Source: Amoebidium appalachense
Lineage: Eukaryota > Protista > Ichthyosporea
Reading direction: 5' to 3'
Assembly (NCBI GenBank): GCA_963693365.1
Contig: CAVNZM010000012.1
Location: 3,038,001-3,102,000, forward strand
Length of the DNA: 64,000 nt
In this document: positions 45,282 through 64,000 of the stretch, one piece after another
How the letters are laid out: each line of letters begins with the position of its first letter
Position numbering within the stretch: position 1 is the stretch's first letter
Translations under genes and position numbers: made by a program
The notes under the pieces: generated by a model
What the model was told of the DNA's origin: nothing
The model's database searches: none
Seen by the model: only the letters and a program-made list of their open reading frames with translations

Positions 45282-45877
45282 ACACACACACACCCACACC
45301 CACCCCTTCCCCCCATGGCCACACGTCAAACAAAACCCTTCGACACGACAGTGTCACCACACAGCACCAATTTCAATAAAAATCACGATTGGTTGGTCAA
45401 GTTTCTAGAAACCAAACCGTCCCGGGTCCACTTGAAAGGTGGCCGCACAAGACGAGGCCCCCCTTTTTTTAAAAACATACAGAGTTTTTGTATATGCAAA
45501 CGCCTTTTTATTTATCAGTCAGAAATATTGCTTTAACCAGTGGTTCATGTCAGGAACTACCGTCATAACTAGGTTGTAAAAATTAAACTTAAACGCCCTG
45601 CCATACAGTGCAACACATTGGTGTCTATCCCAACACAAAGCATTGTCTCATATGTGCAATCGTCAACAAACGGAGAAGTATATTCGATTACCACTCACAA
45701 ACGCGGGGCTAAAAAAAAGCCAATCAATAACATAAAAGGCCACTTTACGAAAAGATACAACTAGAAAGAATATATTGTGTCTGTACATACATACATCTGA
45801 ACAAAAATGATAGTAATACCTAAAATTGTGCATGGGTAACACTACCCCGGGAGAAATGCACGCAACCGGTTAGTGCT

Positions 45878-45956
<79 letters not shown>

Positions 45957-46014
45957 ACGGCCATGCGTGTGGACATGTGTGTATGGGCGTGCAACATTTT
46001 TTTTTCTTTTTCTT

Positions 46015-46065
<51 letters not shown>

Positions 46066-46416
46066 GGGGGAGAGGAAGAGGAGTGTAGGATGTGAAATTG
46101 CGGGATGCCTTTGGAGCAACATCTGTGGCTCCCATCAGGTTTGTAAAGAAGTAAAATCCCATTCGAGCAAAACTCAATTTACGGCGGTGGTCCCAGGTGG
46201 GAGGGAGAGAGTAGAGGAGGAGGGAGACGGGGGGGGGGGGGGGGGGGGGGAGGGGGGGGGGAGGGAGCGAGAGGAGACGAGGGAAGGGAGAGGGGGGGGG
46301 GGGGGGGGGGAGGGAGAGAGAGAGAGAGCGAGAGAGAGAGAGGCAAAGGGAGGAAGGAGCAAAGGAGAAAGGGAAAATTGGAGAAGAGGAGGGGGGGGGG
46401 GGGGGGAGGGAAGGAG

Positions 46417-56376
<9,960 letters not shown>

Positions 56377-56701
56377 TTTCACCTCGAACCAAGATCTCGG
56401 TGTTGTCACTCAAAGAAGGCGAATATTAACAGCTGAGTACCAAGGAACGAGGCAAGTAACTAATACTCTTTCGCTTGGCACTAGCACGCCCACCATCCCT
56501 ACTATTCATACAGGCCTGCTTCCACGTCTCCTCGCCGCCCACACAGACTCTTGTTTTCTTTGAAACTCGGGCCAACCCGCTCGATTGGTGTGCCTGACCG
56601 CGAAACTGAAACTGAAGGTGGCTCACGCAAATATACACACTGAGCCACTTTGATGTCGCAAACATGACGTCATTCCCCCCCTCCCCCTTTGATTGGACTT
56701 C

Positions 56702-56738
<37 letters not shown>

Positions 56739-57327
56739 CCTCCTAGGCCTGCCTCCAAGCCTCCCCGGCTCCCTCCCTCTCTTCCTTGCCTGTTTAGCGA
56801 TCTGGCCGGGGGCTAGCGTTCAACCTGACTCAGGCTCCGCGCGCCCTGGCATCCGGTGTTTGTATTTGCACGGTGTGCGTGATTGAATACATACGTGGCA
56901 GCCGTGCACATGTGTGCACAGTGACTGCGTGTGCATGGCCACGTGACCGAGCGTGTGTAACGTGTGGCACCCTGCAAGCACGGATTATTTTTGTTGTGAT
57001 CGTACATATGTACACATTTGTTTGTATAAAACTAAAAAAGTGCCGCAATCTCAAAAATCATTTAAATATACTGGACCAATTATTGCGCGCGATTGCACGA
57101 TTAGCCAAATATAGAAACTTGGGCCGGGCGGGAAGTTTCGGCGCGCAAAAAAAAAAAAAAGGTTGTATAAAACAAACAAAAAAAGGAATACTGAGTCGTT
57201 GATAATCTCGGGGATATAACGTTCAACAGCTGCACTGTGATGGCCGGCGGTGTCACAGTGAATGATCATATCGATTCCTGGGTGTATGTGGTGGTGGTGG
57301 TGAAGGTTGGGTGTGTGTGTGTGTGTG

Positions 57328-57381
<54 letters not shown>

Positions 57382-58041
57382 GGGGGGGGGGGGGGGTGTT
57401 TAGTACGGCTGCTGCTCAGTTTACACTTTCCATTCGAAATCTCAGACTTTTATTAGCCATGATAGGAAGGCAGAGCCTCAGGCCTGTAGCCACTTACCGA
57501 CATAACAAATACTGCAACACAGCAATGGTATTGTGAAGCACCATAAAAATCTAAATACCTAATATGAAAAAGAAACAACTTGTGACCATACAATATACCG
57601 AACGTCCCATCGTACCCGGCATGCATAACTAACACCGGGCCGTACATACACGCAGGGCTAAGTCTAAACCAATCATCGAGCGTTCACGCCAACACAAACA
57701 TGGCCAAACAAACAGTTAAACACGAATGAAATTTGACACTTGCGAATCGAGCAGGTTGTATTTGAACATACACAACTTTGCCTATAAGCGGACATGGACG
57801 CAAGCCAAACTAAAAAGAAACCGACAATAGGTAAGATCCGACATATGATAACGAGCACCCAAGTTTCTACCTTCCCCTCTCAGCATATTATATCAACATT
57901 GATATCGCATTTGCGAACTTAAAGAAACTGTCTACCCTCACAATCGTAACATTTTCTCTCTATCCCAACCTTATTCAAATACACACCCACCAACCAGCCA
58001 TTTATCATATTAACTTACACTTAACCAATAGCCCAAAGCAA

Positions 58042-58083
<42 letters not shown>

Positions 58084-58428
58084 GCCACGTGTAACACCGC
58101 TGTTAACTTCACATACACACACCCCAAAAATACATGTAACCGTTAGAAGGTAGGGGTAGGCACAACACAGGGACACAAAACACCCCCGATATAGGCTGCC
58201 ATGTGCAACTAATAAACCCACACAGCAGAAAACGAGGCGTGCGAAAAACTAAAAAAAAGGGGGGGAAAAGAGAGAGATAGATAATATAGCACGGTGTGGA
58301 TAAAGGAGCGTGCACACGTGCATACATTTTACAACACCATGTCGTGCCCAGATGGATCATAACACCCAGCCACACCCACACATGGACCACATAGGGCCCT
58401 TATCCACAGGGCCCCATACAGTATAAGT

Positions 58429-63524
<5,096 letters not shown>

Positions 63525-64000
63525 CTGCAGGCAAGTGTGTGTGTGTGTGTGTGTGTGAGTGTGTGTGACAATAATTGAGACAGAGCCGCAACTTCAGTCT
63601 CCGACAGCTCATTTCATAATGATACATGCAGGTCATTTAGGTAACAACCCCCCGCCCCCCCCCCCCCAAACCCCCCCACCCACCCACCCACCCACACCTA
63701 AATCCAATGTGTCCTATTTGGCACGCAGGCACTTCTTCTTCTTCTTCTTCTTTTTTTTTTTTTTTTTTTTTTGGGGGGGGGGGGAGGGGGGGGGGAAAGG
63801 GGGGCCTAGGCCCTAACAGCTGAGCCTAACAAGAGCCCAATAAATCCAAGAGAGAAAGATTGTTTAGGCCCTTCAATGACACACTACGAGTCAATAATGA
63901 CACACAACCCCCCCCCCCTCCCCCCCCTCCTCCTCCCCCCTCCCCCCCCCCCCTCATCCACCCACACACACATCCCGGGGCCTACCAGCCCGACAGACTG

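Overview
Eukaryotic, intron-rich genomic DNA packed with (CA/TG)n, (GA)n and long poly-G/C/A runs, some probably long-read artefacts. Almost all long ORFs in the supplied track come from repeats. I spliced three minus-strand genes by hand: the 3' six exons of a Rab5 GTPase (58429-63524), a complete 11-exon amidase-signature enzyme (46417-56376), and a coiled-coil + BTB/POZ + probable beta-propeller gene with one frameshift at a G8 run (11790-14129). A decayed ankyrin-like gene may lie around 16.7-21 kb. The 3' end of a plus-strand gene appears to be built from tandemly duplicated exon-intron units (1-7.2 kb). The clearest mobile element is a recently inserted non-autonomous Gypsy-derived LTR element (29762-33312) with near-identical 480-bp LTRs, PBS, PPT, a 5-bp TSD and only shattered pol remnants. 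It sits inside a homogeneous 21/42-bp satellite. Also present are a Harbinger-like MITE with nested ends, a hAT-like MITE, a dispersed G-tract-bounded repeat family and several palindromic minisatellites. The most unusual gene-level signal is that many 3' splice sites have a (CA)n microsatellite running straight into the CAG acceptor where a polypyrimidine tract is expected. No database searches were run, so novelty is unverified.
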